The position numbers were made by a program, and so were the translations under genes. A DNA stretch of 50,959 nt, filler included, from Diploschistes diacapsis (Eukaryota): the NCBI GenBank assembly GCA_023645945.1. It is 3 parts of 3 records of this genome, joined end to end, with 100 filler letters (N's around TTAATTAATTAA, not from the genome) between each part and the next. Parts side by side here need not be neighbours in the genome. Positions count along the whole stretch, not along the records: positions 1 to 16,957 come from JALAIB010000479.1; 2 more parts are not named here. One strand, written 5' to 3'. Positions 1 to 12,985 of this stretch are shown here, in pieces (the stretch's first letter is position 1; each line of letters begins with the position of its first letter). The notes under the pieces were generated by a model. The model saw nothing but the letters and a program-made list of their open reading frames with translations. It was not told the DNA's origin and did no database searches.

Positions 1-516
1 GGTAAATAAAGGGGTAGGGAATCAGGGATCAGGGAGGTCACCTCCATGCACCGATGAACAAGCATCGTCTGCCCTCTTGGATCACCTCCTTTTTCAAATT
101 CAAGCAACGGACTGGTACCAGCAACAGAGAAGGCCACAACAATAGATAAAGATACACTAAGTATACGCAACCCGCATATGAACATCTTGACCCGCTGTGA
201 TGTGAACGAGCAGCTCGACGGTAACATACGTGTGAACCCAGCGCAAAGCTGGTTAACATGACAGGAGATACCGATTCTTCTGGCTTTTCTGGCCATGAAG
301 TGTGTGACCAGTACCAAAACCCTGTATAGTGTTGTCGCGTATGTGCAGTACAGATTGGGGGCTGTTTCCTGCTGCTTTCTGCCTCGTTCCTCCTCTTTTC
401 CCCTCTCCTTCCTTGCTGTGAACTGACGATTCCGATGTCCACGTCCCGTGTGCATGCGCTGCAGCCGTCTTCGTAAAGCCAAATAGACTAGAAAGGGGGG
501 AAAATGGCATTATGAA

Positions 517-2114
517 TCACTCCGTCGACGCCGCCCCGCCGCCCGCGGCCTTCCCCGGCGCAAGCGCGTGGAGGCTGTTGTCGAGATGTACCTTCACGGC
601 GCCTGCCTGGACGAGCTACGCAGCGGATTCCTCGATCGTCAGCAACAAATGCTTTTCCTTGCGGTACATCGGGCTTCCCCCCTCCCCCCGGCGAAGAACA
701 AAAAACGAGAAACAGTATAAAATATAAAAAGATAGCAAGGCGCGAAAAAGGGACGAAGGGGGAAAACTCACCGCCCGGCTCAGATCATCCACCAGATCGC
801 CCACATCCTCGATCCCAACACACAGCCTGATCAGATCCTCGGGCAACTCCCTGGCGCGCCTCGTCGCCGGGTCGATGGAGGCGTGGCTCATGCGGCACGG
901 CATGCTGATCAGGCTGTTCACGCACCCGAAGCTCACCGAGATGCCCCACAGCCGCGCGGCCTCGACGACCTTCTCGCTCGTGCCGACGCTGCCCGTCTGG
1001 AAGGACAGCACCGCGCCCGCGCCGCGCGCCATCGAGCGGTGCAGGTCGTGCTGCGGATGGCTCTTCAGGCCCGGATAGCGCACGCGGAAGCCGTGCGACT
1101 CGAGGAACTCGGCAATGCGCTGCGCGTTGGCCTGCTGCGTCTCCATGCGCACTTTCAGCGTCTTGATGCCGCGCAGCAGCAGCCACGAGTCGAAGGGGCT
1201 GAGGCCGCAGCCCGTGCTGTTGATCATGAAGAACAGCCTGTCGCCCAGCTCGGCGCTGTTGGTGCCGATCACCCCGGCCATCAGGTCATGGTGGCCCGAG
1301 AGGTACTTTGTGCCGGACTCGTAGACGATGTCGGCGCCCAGGTCGAGCGGGTTCATGAGCAAGGGGGAGAGCATGGTGTTGTCGACGGCGACGAGGGCAT
1401 TCGGGTTCGCGGCGTGCGCGGCGGCGGCGAGGGCCGGGATGTCGACGATCTTGATGAGCGGGTTTGTGGGCGTTTCGAGGAGGAGCATGGCGGTTTGCGG
1501 GGTGAGAGCGGAGGTCACAACGGAGGGGGAGGTGGTGTCGACGTGCTTGACTATTATGCCGCCGTTGGTGGATAGGTATTTCAGTAGCCGGTTCGTGCCG
1601 CCGTAGAGGTCGTCCCCCGTTATCACCTCGTCGCCGGGCTTGAGGAGACGCGTTATTACGTCCAGAGCGCCCATGCCGGAGGAGACGACTAGTGCCCGCG
1701 ACGCTGACATGATCTTGGCTAGGTGTCGCTCGAGATGCGTGCGTGTCGGGTTGCCGGAGCGCGTGTAATCGTATTCGTTCCCGCCGGCGCCGGAGGTTTG
1801 TTTGAAGGTTGCAGACTGGGAGGCCCGTCAGCTCACCAGTACTTCGAAAGCCGCAGCCAGTTCTCGAAGCGCATAGTCAACGATTATTCCATCCCTACCT
1901 GATATATTGGTACACTGCTTGCATTGTACTGATCCGAGCCCTCGGTATACACCAGCTCCGTAGCAAGCGCATATTTCCGTCCATTGGCAGGACTCGATGG
2001 CGCTGGCGACGGTGGCAGATTGTGTCCTTCCAGGTCTAGCTTTGAGAAGGCCTTTGACAGGCCGTTTGACTTTGTCGAGCCCAATTCAGGCGGTGGGGGG
2101 CTCGATTCGGACAT
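517..2114 (-). CDS. STR3: Cystathionine beta-lyase (PLP-dependent Cys/Met metabolism family); exons 2114-1899, 1815-772, 615-517
   Basis: Spliced translation gives SVPIYQ|SATFKQ...YDYTRSGNPTR, LETPTNP, VDNT, the PLP-lysine motif SGTKYLSGHHD and LIRLCVGIED. Both introns are GT-AG and keep the frame. Confidence 0.92.
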
Positions 2115-2637
2115 AGTGCCAGGGCTGATATACTTCACACGAGATTGGGGGACTAATGATCTCGAGTTTGACGCAAGTAGGTTCGCCTTCGAAGAAGTGG
2201 ACGAGCGGAAAAGTTACTTGAAGCTGAGTGAGGGATTGAGCGATCTTAATAGCATTAGAGGAGATATTGACATAAGATCTTCAGGTGAATAAGGATATCT
2301 TGGAGGCTGAAAATCAGTCATTGTGCTCCTAGACTCGTACTTTAACCATTTTGGAGCAGAAGGCGGCGCTAACCCCAGATGACGTGCTCCGCCTAAAGCA
2401 AGGGTCTTCACCGCTTACTGAGTGAAGCAACTTTATCTCGTACACAGCTAGAGAGTAACGAAGCAATCAGGAGGTAAACAAACTTTGTACAGAAATACAT
2501 ATATTAAACGATCCGGCATCGTGTGCATAAGTCTATGTCTAGGTTTCTTCGTCTCTTGGAGACGAAGAGACGCCGATACGTTGTATCCAAACCATGCCCT
2601 GCCGTGCACCGCCGGCTCTAAACAAATATAACGGGTA

Positions 2638-4029
2638 TCAATCGGGATCAGACACATCATCGCTGGCCTCTTCAGTCTCTGAAATTGCTGGCGCGGCAAT
2701 TTTCTTGCTCTTACCCTTTGATGAGCCTTTCACCTTTGCTCCATTGGCAGCAATGCGCTGCAAACGCAAACTCCCTCCAGCTGTCGAGAAGAAATCCTCC
2801 GTCCGCAGTCCACGTATGTCATTAGGGTTGACTTTACCCATTGGGCCACCTGCAGTCTTCTTTTGCCGAATATACTCACGCACCGGCACCATTGCTGCAT
2901 CCCGGCACACTTCTTTCAGGTCGCTGCCCGACATGCCGGCCGTGACGCGAACAACGTACTCCAGGTCAAACTTTGCTTTATCGACCTTGGTATCCTTGAG
3001 GACCAGGGCTAGGATTCGAAGCCTCTGTGGAGCGGTAGGTAAAGATACTGGGAATTTCTTAGGCATGCGCCGTAGGATCGCCTCATCAATATCCTGGATT
3101 CGATTTGTGGCGCCAAGGATCAGTATGCGTTGCTGCTCGCCGTGAATATTTGAGGACGTCAGACCATCCCAATGTGTCATAAACTCAGCCTTCACCATTC
3201 CACTTGCCTCATGCTCTCCACTCCGTCTTTGCCCTAATACTGCATCTATCTCGTCAATGAATACAATGGTCGGCTGAAGCTTTCTCGCAAGTGAGAAAAC
3301 CGCATGTACAAGCTTGTTCGAGTCTCCGAACCACTTCTCCGTCAATGTCGATATATGTAGATTGATGAAGTTCGCTCCGCTCTCGCTAGCTAGAGCCTTT
3401 GCCAACATAGTCTTCCCGCAACCAGGTGGACCGTAGAGGAGTACGCCAGAAGGTGCTGAGAGTAGAGACGACGAGTGCGAGTAGAGGTGTGGCATGGTAA
3501 GCGGATAGATGACGGATTCCTTCAGCTCTTCGATGACATTTTCCATGCCTCCAATGTCTGCACACATCAGCTTCAGCTTCTGCATCAACGCGCAGCAGCT
3601 TTACCATCGAATTTCACAGCTATGTCCTCTGGCGCAATAACCTCGGATGCAATGGTCTGCTCGTACTGATTGAGCACGAGTTCTTCCTTCCTCGGCCGTC
3701 GCACAACTCCGTTGTCGAAGCCATAGCTGCCGTTGTCATTGCCTAGTTCCCTATCCTCTTGCTCCCTCCTATCTATCCTCTGCATGACCGCCGCAGCGGC
3801 AGCCTTTCGCTTCTTTGCGTCATCATTTTCGAGGTCGTATTTGCTAAGACCGTATCGTATCAGGTAGTAAACAGCTGCAGTCTGCACATTATGTCAGTAC
3901 CATTCTGTGTAACAGTTTGGCCAGCTTGAAGCAAAGGATGAATAGAATGCTGTAGGTAGCACCTACCGTTATTGCACCGAAAAAGATGTCTTGTAGGACC
4001 TGCGCATATCTGGACTGTGAGGTTGACAT
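2638..4029 (-). CDS. MSP1: Msp1/ATAD1 membrane-anchored AAA+ ATPase; exons 4029-3967, 3881-3604, 3557-2638
   Basis: N-terminal TM segment (DIFFGAIT|TAAVYYLI), LNQYEQTIASEVIAPEDI, Walker A GPPGCGKT, Walker B IVFIDEID, KWFGDSNKLV, KAEFMTHWDGL, GATNR. Confidence 0.93.
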
Positions 4030-4367
4030 TTGAGACACTTATACCCACCAAAACAAAGATTCTGAGAGAAGGAAATATCCAATACAGCCTCAAACCCCAT
4101 CACAATGCTTGGGCATAAAGCGTGCGCTTTGTTCATCCAATAACACAGATGCGAACATCACCAGTTAGGCTGGCCTTTTGGCTTGAAGACCCAGGCTTCT
4201 TGGCAGCCAAGCTCGGCCCGAAGAGCTGGCGGAATATCACCAGTTCGCTAAGGCCAGCCCTACCCAAAAATCCCACACCAAGAAGTTAGAGGTGCATCGT
4301 GTGAAATCCCCATTTCGAGGGTTACAGCAGCTTCGAAATCGACAAATCTTAACTAACAAAAGCAGCC

Positions 4368-5688
4368 ATGTCACACCGGTATAAACACATAGCCTAAATG
4401 TGCTCGAATGTACTAATATGCCATAGTAAATTCGAAGCGCCGCGTCATGGCTCGTTGGCCTTCCTGCCGCGAAAGCGGGCGGCCCGTCACCGAGGTCGTG
4501 TCAAGAGCTTCCCTAAAGATGACCCTAAGAAGAAGCCGCATCTGACGGCTGCCATGGGCTACAAGGCTGGAATGACTACTATCGTTCGTGACCTTGACCG
4601 TCCTGGTGCCAAGATGCACAAGAAGGAAATCGTCGAGGCTTGCACTGTCATTGATACCCCTCCTGTAAGTGCTCAACATGCTAAGGGCCATTGGCAATGC
4701 TGATAGTGTAAAAGATGGTCATTGTCGGGCTGGTTGGCTACATCGAAACTCCCCGCGGTCTTCGTTCTCTTACTACTGTTTGGGCCGAACATCTTAGCGA
4801 CGAAGTCAAGAGGAGGTTCTACAAGAGCTGGTACAAGTCAAAGAAGAAGGCCTTCACCAAGTATGCCAAGAAGCACTCGGAAGAGTCCAAGCCCATCGGC
4901 CGTGAGCTCGAGCGCATGAAGAAGTATTGCACAGTCGTCCGTGTCCTCGCCCACACACAGATCCGCAAGACTCCACTCAAACAAAAGAAGGCACATCTCA
5001 TGGAGATCCAAATCAACGGCGGTAGCTCAGAGGACAAGGTCGCTTTCGGACACGGTCTATTCGAAAAAACAGTCGACATCCACAATATCTTTGAACAGGA
5101 TGAAATGATCGACTGCATCGCCGTCACAAAGGGTCACGGTTTCGAGGGTGTCACAGGCAGATGGGGAACGAAGAAGCTGCCAAGAAAGACGCACAAGGGT
5201 CTACGTAAAGTAGCTTGTATTGGAGCATGGCATCCGTCACATGTTCAGTGGACTGTGGCCCGTGCTGGTCAAGATGGATACCACCACCGTACTTCCGTTA
5301 ACCACAAAATCTACCGCATGGGCAAGGGTACGGACGAAGGCAACGCCTCGACTGATTTCGATGTGTCCAAAAAGCAGATCACTCCGTTAGTAGTGCTATA
5401 TATGGATGGTTTTCATTGCTAATCTCGTGTAGTATGGGCGGCTTTGTTCGATATGGTGCGGTTAAGAACGACTACATCCTCCTGAAAGGTTCCGTTCCTG
5501 GGGTGAAGAAGCGGATCATAACACTCCGCAAATCGATGTTCACACACACTAGCCGGAGAGCGCTCGAGAAAGTCGAACTCAAATGGATTGATACGTCGTC
5601 GAAGTTCGGCCATGGTGCTTACCAGACACCAGCAGAGAAGAAGCAAACGCTGGGAAACCTCAAGAAGGATTTGGTCGCAGCGTCTTAA
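4368..5688 (+). CDS. RPL3: 60S ribosomal protein L3 (uL3); exons 4368-4378, 4427-4664, 4715-5385, 5433-5688
   Basis: [60 protein letters not shown]; three canonical introns. Confidence 0.98.
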
Positions 5689-6370
5689 GCTTATTTTGAG
5701 TGTTATGTGGTCATTGGCTTAGGGTAGCTAGGATTAGCGTTTGGGGAACAGCTGCTCCGACTAGAAACATGCAAACAGTAACTTTCAATGGCTTTGACTT
5801 ATCTTCTGCATTCCCACCTAATTTAAATCACTTGCGGTGACGCACAGGAGGTGTGGATGTCTTTCAATATTGCCTCTGTCTCGATTGGCTTGACCAGGAA
5901 GCATCACGCGGAGGCGCGTAAACTGCGTACTAACCTATGTAACATGAAATCATCAGCAGAAAAACGAGGCCGACCCTATCTTGGCCGAGACCTAGAATTA
6001 AAAAGACCATATGAGATTCACCCAATGTCCCACAGTATACTCGGCCAGCATACGACACCAGATATCTGGACGAGCTCCACCCACCACGCGCTACATCCGC
6101 CGAACCCTCGCAGAAACGACGTCATGCCTCTCCCTCCCCCATCAACATCCAACCTCAAGCGCTCTTGAACCTAGCAACATCGGCTCGAAGACCTCGAAAC
6201 CCCCGACACGTACCCTCCCGTCGCAAATAAGCCACACGATTTCCGCACCCATCCGCCCACCCATCCACCTCACCGCCATATCCTCTCCCTCGGCCTCTCC
6301 ACACCCCGCACCGTCACGTCTCCTTCCTTTACTCCGCCATCTTCAGAAGCAGCCCCTAAGAAAGCGAAAC

Positions 6371-7013
6371 ATGTCGTCCGACGCCTCCTACGCCAACTTT
6401 CTCGAGCAGGCGAACCAGGACACGGGCGCCGAGAAGGCCAAGAGAGACGCGGCGGATAAGTCTGGCAGGAACAAGGGCGTGCAGTTGAAGAGCGTGGACA
6501 CGGAGATCCCGGCTGGACTGAGGAAGGTGGAGGCTACGTATGCTTCCGAGGCGGATGAGCCGTTCGAGCCGGTTGCGCTGGCGTGGGAGGGGAGTGGGGA
6601 GGTTGACGAAGGTGAGTTGGTTCTTGTTTGAGAGGGGATGTTTGGAGGGCGGTGCTGGTGCCTGTATGATAACTTTGTCGTGGTAGTCTGGGAAGGGTCG
6701 TGTCGTGAGGCTTTAATGGTGGGGATTGGGTCTCACTCATGAGCACGTGCTGATCCAGGTATTTGTTACAGACTCATTTGCCAAGCTCGTGGGCCATACT
6801 TCCTCCGTTGAGGCGTTGTCGGTTAAGGACTTCGATCCAAGAGGGGAGTACAAGGATGTGATTTCTGCGGTGGAAAAGGAGACGGGTGGGAAGGTCAAAG
6901 TGTTCAGGATAGAGACGGATCGCGCGAGGGTTGAGTACTATGTAGTTGGGTTGCAAGATGAGGGTGGGAAGAAGAAGGTTGTGGGCGTGAAAGCTATGGC
7001 TGTGGAGAGTTGA
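6371..7013 (+). CDS. Small conserved fungal protein with a nuclease A inhibitor (NuiA)-like domain; exons 6371-6611, 6772-7013
   Basis: The intron GTGAGT..TTACAG joins two ORFs in frame. Motifs YASEADEPFEPVALAWEGS and KVFRI...VEYYVVG...VVGVKAMAVES resemble cyanobacterial NuiA (comparison from memory). Confidence 0.75.
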
Positions 7014-8464
7014 GACAGGGAAGAGGCGAAGATGTGGTTGAGATTCTCATGGGTAGGTTATCATAATGGCTGCAGTTCTTATCGTGAGATACGACGTCTC
7101 CTCTTGGCCATCGACTGATTCATTATGTTTATCTTGTTTTGAAGCTTGACATGCCACAGATATATTTTAGGGTTCTCGGATCGAGTTCGCATCAGGGACA
7201 TAGACCTGGTGATAGGAGTGTGAGGTCATCTGGGTGAAGTACCGCTGGCGAAAGATCCGCTTCCAGATCAAAGGGCCAAAATCCTCTCTCACTTTATCTT
7301 GCATGTCTCTTTTATGCGAATAGGGTAGTCAAGGCGATGGTGATGGTATTGAAAACATGATACTAGATTGTATGCCTGGAATAGCCCTTCAGGCAATCTT
7401 TTTAAACATAAATTGCACACCGAACACCTTTCCTGCCATTGTAGGCCCAGAGCACGAGTCGATTATAAAGCGGTGATCCTTAATATTGTCTACCCTGCAA
7501 TTTATTACAGTCTAGCAGCTCTACTAGCAAACCCAAAGGCTAGCGCTAACGTGGATACGAGGGGATATTCCTATCAGTATTGAATACATTTTGAATGAGT
7601 GACACCTCGTGCCAAGGCCACTAGGAAAGATTACAGCGCCGAGAACGGATAAGAAGCCACAGATCTTGGTGTGGCTGGTGCAACTCGTACACTTGACACT
7701 TGTACAACTTTGTGCATCTCCGCATAAAAGCTGGCGATGAAAGCTCCTCTATAATTAAATAGAGGAGGAACTTGGAAGATTTGATTTGTGTGCGCCACAG
7801 CTCCGGAGAAGTCAGTACAGTTATGTGACAGGGTAATTAATAAGGAAAGAAATTGGTGGGCCCTTGGTGGCCCTCGGTCCCCTTTCCATTAACCCCTGTC
7901 GATTATTGTGTGTGGTGAGGTGGTGAGGTGAAGTGAGCAACAGAACAAGACAGGAACCTGAATTTATTGGCCTTCCTTACTACTACTATTCCTACCCCGT
8001 CTTCCGCCTCCTAATGCCTAAATGCCACACTGAATCGAAACTTCGGCTTCACCAAAGATTGACTACAACGCTTTGCTCTATCTCCTTTTGTCTATGACAC
8101 TCTGTCTCTCGCTACTTGCCTTCAAACCAACTTTCGAACCACAATCACTTCTCCACAGCAAGACTCTCGTTACCGACTTCGCGTCCCAGCTGTTTAACAT
8201 ACCAACGGCCTCCCTCTGCATCCGTTCGCCTGCAAACGGGATTAACCAGTCAAAAGCTTAATTGACCTTGAGATTGACTGGGATCACTTTTTTGTCCGTT
8301 GAAGAGAAGGAGTTGGAGGAAATTGGGGTGGAAAGTCGTACGGAGTCTGCGACCGTTTGAGTGAACTCTCTCCAATCTCTCCGCATACACTTCTCAACAA
8401 GAAATATCTGGGAAGCGCTCTGTCACATTCTCGTCCTCGGACGGGTTTCTGGCTTCTCATAAAA

Positions 8465-10750
8465 ATGTCAACCGCCCCGAATCAATCGTCTCCACTCACA
8501 CAACCGCCTCACATTCGACTCAATTCTGGGACTGGTGATGCACTCAAACAAGGCTCGGTTAGAAACAGACCACCGCCTTTGGGCAATCCCGACTCAAATA
8601 GCGTTCGATCATTGATACCTCAAAGTCAGGCTCCTGTTACGCCAGGAACCCCAGGGTTCTACTTGGCTGGCTCCCAGCCTTCGGCAGAACGATTACTTCC
8701 CCCATCTTCCAGGTCAAGAACTCATCGTTTTCGAGACGATGATGCAACAGGCTCACCCGATCCATTTGCTGATTCTAGAAGAACGAGTTGGAGCTCCGAA
8801 GGTGGTAGCACACATAGTCGGATATACAGCCCTGGGCCTTACGAGGATTCGAGAGCTCCATCGAGAGCAGGCAGCGACGATGAGAACCTGAATACACAGA
8901 CTGTATCTGAGAAATACAACATCCTTCCATCTGCTGGCCTATTACTGTTCCCAGAAGACGTCGAGACAGATGATTATTTGCACAACCCTGATCCAAATGA
9001 TAAGGATACGAGAGATTGTGATATATTCAACAAGAGAGGGCTTGTAAATATGGGAGGTCTTGTCTTCATCCTTGGAGGGCTTCTGGCAATATTCATCGCA
9101 TTTCCTGTCCTGTATGCTCTTCTTCACCTTTTTTCCGCTTGCAGGCTGACTGATTCTGCAGCAATTTTGTGCAAAAGTTCAACATTAATGATAACCCTTG
9201 CGCGGACAATCCGAATTGCATACCAGGAATCACAAACGTCCCTCTCCTCAAGAACATGCGGACTGGTATGATCGACCCTCATACTCCCGATAGCGCCAAG
9301 ACCAAACTGTCGGTGGACGGATCAACAACACTCAACCTAGTGGTGAGCTCAACCGCGAGGTGGTGATGGTTGGTTTTACTGACCTGAGTAGTTTTCTGAT
9401 GAGTTTAATACCGATGGTCGAACGTTCTATGATGGGGATGACCCATTTTTCGAGGCTGTAGATCTTTGGTACGGCGTAACCAAAGATTTGGAGGTAATGA
9501 GTGATCTGGAATTGGATGAGTGGTTTCGGTTGCTGATTTTTCTCAGTGGTATGACCCAGATGCTGTGACCACAGCCAATGGCACCCTCAATATTCGCATG
9601 GATGCCTATCAAAACCACTATCTCAACTACCGATCTGGGATGCTGCAGTCATGGAACAAGTTCTGCTTCCAAGGAGGACTCATGGAGGCTTCAATATCAC
9701 TGCCTGGCAGGGGCGATACAGAGGGATTTTGGCCAGGCTTCTGGTCCATGGGAAACCTTGGCCGGCCAGGCTATGCGTCTTCAACCGATGGGATGTGGCC
9801 TTATAGTTACGACAACGTATGTGATGCTGGAATTACCCCAAACCAAAGCAATACGGACGGCTTGAGTTGGTTGCCTGGAATGAGACTGCCGGCCTGCACT
9901 TGCAACGGCGAAGACCATCCGAACCCTGGAGTCTCACGTGCCGCCCCAGAGCTTGATGTTCTCGAGGGCAGTGTTTCGAATTTGAACCCTACCGATATGA
10001 TAGGCGTTGTTTCCCAGAGTTGTCAGATTGCGCCTTTCGATATCTGGTACTACCCCGACTACGGTATGTTCCTTCTCTTCTGGCCCTCAAAATGTCGTTC
10101 GTAAGCCTAACGTCAATCAGACTACTGCGAAGTCTATGATCCAACGCTCACAAACATCAACTCGTACACTGGCGGTCCTTTCCAGCAAGCAGCGTCCGGT
10201 CTCACGATTCTGAATAATGATTGGTACGATGGGAACCAGTACCAGACTTATGCTTTTGAATACACTCCCGGTGGTCAAGGATCAGTAACCTGGCTTGTTG
10301 GTTCAGAGAAGACTTGGACGCTTGATGCAAGATCGGTTCGACCGAACGGAAACGTGGGACAGAGGCTGATACCGGCTGAACCGATGGCGATGATTCTCAA
10401 TTTTGGTATCTCCAGCGGGTTTGCTTTCTTGAACTTTACGGGACTGGCTACTACCCTTCCAGCTACCATGCGATTCGACTATGTGCGCATTTACCAAGAC
10501 AGTTCTGGCACTACTGGCTGCGATCCCGATGGATACCCAACCACTGACTATATTGCGAACCATCCGGCGGCATATCAGAACCTAAACTTAACAAGATGGT
10601 AGGCCGCAGCTGCACTCATCGATTTGCATGTGTATCCTTGCTCACTTCGTGAACAGGTCCGAGACAAACTACTCCCAGCCACAGAACGCTCTCATCAATA
10701 ACTGTCAGGCTGCTGATTCTTCTGTCCCTATTGCGAGGCCAGGATCATAA
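8465..10750 (+). CDS. KRE6: Beta-1,6-glucan synthesis-associated type II membrane GH16 protein (Kre6/Skn1 family); 6 exons (8465-9111, 9162-9342, 9392-9492, 9547-10063, 10121-10598, 10657-10750)
   Basis: [14 protein letters not shown], a single TM helix, [37 protein letters not shown], the GH16 catalytic ExDxxE motif (PELDVLE) and FDYVRIYQ. Confidence 0.93.
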
Positions 10751-11891
10751 TCTGTCGTCAAACTTTTGCTTCAATTCTCTTGTACAAAATGATGAATGCC
10801 GATCCTGCATAGCGTGCTTGGTGTTCAGCGATCTTTGCTTCTCTGGTTTCTCTATCGCACCCGCCAGCATTGCCAGCCGGGATGGCATGATGATGCCATC
10901 CCGGTTTCCGCCGGCTTGATGATCCGACTTTGATTGACGAACCTGGGGCCGATCAGTAGAGCGGACTGACAGACAACATCTGAGTTTCGCATCCACCGTT
11001 TATAATTCTTCTAGTCCTGCAGACAGGCTCTGCCACACATCGGCTTCCGCATATGACCGTCCCTCGATGGGTTTGTATTTGTTACTGACTTAATGTAGTG
11101 TGGAAGAATTTGGGATTTCGCCGCTTTGGCGAGGCTGCTGAGCATCTCATTAGGCGTTTTTCTCGCTGCGTAAATGAACAAGTGAAGAGGTTGCATCATA
11201 GAACGGATAACCCAGGAACTAGAAGAAATGGGGAAAGAACTCGCGCCTGCGTTCCACGGTCTGTGTAGGCTCCATAGAGTACTTGATTGATGTGTTTGCT
11301 TTAGCGTCTCTCGAACACAGGCGACCGATAATAGAACAATAAGTTGGAAGCTAGATGCTGCTTTTGCCTTTTAGTTTATGCAAAGGCAGAGAGGTGCCAT
11401 ATCATCTTGAGCATGAATTGTGTTCCTTTGCAATTGAAGTGTTGATCATGCAGTAAGCACGACACTGCATCCCGCCTTGGTGCGAGCCCGACATGCTAAG
11501 CTCTGGTTGACATGTCGTCTGAAATTTATCCCGATGTTAATCGTCAGATCAATAAATATCTGGGATCTCAACGGGTAGATGAGTCCCTACAGAGCACCGC
11601 TCAACCTGCTCTATGACTTTCCTGAAGCAAGCAAGACCATGATCATCGAAGAAGACTCATAATCCCTAGCAACCAATAACCAATGACACCAAGCGCAGTC
11701 TTGCTATGCGCGAGAGAAGGGGTTTCCCCTATGGTAGCAAAATCCATCACAACATAAATATTCTCTCTATTCAAGCCACAAAACCTCATTTCAGCGTCTT
11801 TGAATCGATCTTTCATCACATTATTTCGACTGTTTCATAGTACTAAACTGCTGGCTTCTTACCCACTTGATATTGGATCTATAACATCTGC

Positions 11892-12744
11892 ATGGAGCGT
11901 CCACCGAATCCTCCCGGCCGCACAGTCCCTGGCGGGCGGCCTACTCGAGGGATACAAGACCCCTGGTCGTCGCGTATGGCGGGCGGAATGAGTTCTCCTG
12001 CTCACCAACGCTTCCACCAAGCAGCTCAAAGGCAAGGGTCATCATACGCGACTCCCTCTTCCACGCCTCGCTCCCTTCATGCTGTTCCAATGATACCGTT
12101 GGAGCATAAAGAGCGTATGGAAGAAATATCACGAACGCTCATGAGCTGGGAAGACACGGCCATCGCAGCCATTAATGCTAACGAGGTTAGTATAATACCG
12201 GCCTCGGACTCTGAAAGTGCTGTACTACATTCTAAGGAGCAAACTGTTAGCTCAAGCCTTTATTCAAAGTCTCCCGATATCCTTGTCATAGTCCTTTCCT
12301 GGCCTTCAATTTCTCCGGCCCTCGCATGGCTGACTTCCATAGTCCTTTCCCCGTACCCGGCTTCGTCTCCTTAGGGCACTTGCAACGCCATACAATCCTG
12401 ATTCCAGTGCTTCCACGGCAAACTCATCCGACGTTTACCACAACGAGATGGGCGTCACGTGGGAAGACTACGAGAAGCGTACAAGAGAAGCTTTTGCCAA
12501 AGCCGAAGCCCAGAAAAAGGCGAGGCAGGAGAGGAGGGACAGAGAGAATGCCCAGAGAGCGAGCAGATCATCAAGGTTTGGCAGTCGCTCAACCAATATA
12601 ATGGGCTTAGACAACGAGATGGATCTCGATGATGAAGAAGTGCAAAAGGCGGGATCGAGGCAGCTTAGCGGGCAGAAAAGGAAGGCAGGTGGAGGGAGGA
12701 AGGGTGGAGGCACGATCAGTAGTAGTGGATCCAGGAGGAATTAA
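11892..12744 (+). CDS. Hypothetical protein (spliced; internal exon structure uncertain)
   Basis: ATG ORF at 11892, candidate donors GTTAGT/GTTAGC near 12186 and 12246, and a CTGAC..TAG acceptor at 12342 opening into the frame that ends at 12744 (charged, Arg/Gly-rich tail). Confidence 0.5.
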
Positions 12745-12985
12745 GGCTTCGGGCATGTATATGATGCTGATGCCCACTTAAATTCTATCAAGCGGCTGCT
12801 TCGCAAACCCAGAAACTCGTCTATCCTTAGCGCTAATGTCAGTCAGAATCATGTCATTTCACCATCGCCACCCTTACATCACTGCTTCGCAAAGATAGGA
12901 ACTTGTCCCCTGTTTAACGCTTGTACCATTCAGAACCCCATCGCTTCGTCATCGCTTAGTTGACCCAGTTCCAGAACCCTGCCGC

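Noticed and set aside
883..1575. Long antisense or alternate-frame ORFs over real genes (also 17153-17845, 23279-24001, 35730-36389, 45314-45838)
   Set aside because: Shadow ORFs caused by GC-rich codon usage of genes on the opposite strand; no recognisable motifs.
5160..5240. RPL3 as a toxin self-resistance allele (trichothecene/anisomycin site)
   Set aside because: The IGAWHP tryptophan is wild type and no biosynthetic cluster is nearby.
6371..7013. Recent horizontal transfer of nuiA from a cyanobacterial partner
   Set aside because: The gene has a spliceosomal intron, an N-terminal extension absent from NuiA and host-like composition; nothing in the sequence indicates recent transfer or identifies the host as a lichen fungus.
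7744..7767. 9-bp-stem palindrome ctcctctat-aattaa-atagaggag upstream of KRE6
   Set aside because: Short enough to occur by chance in 51 kb, with no supporting context.
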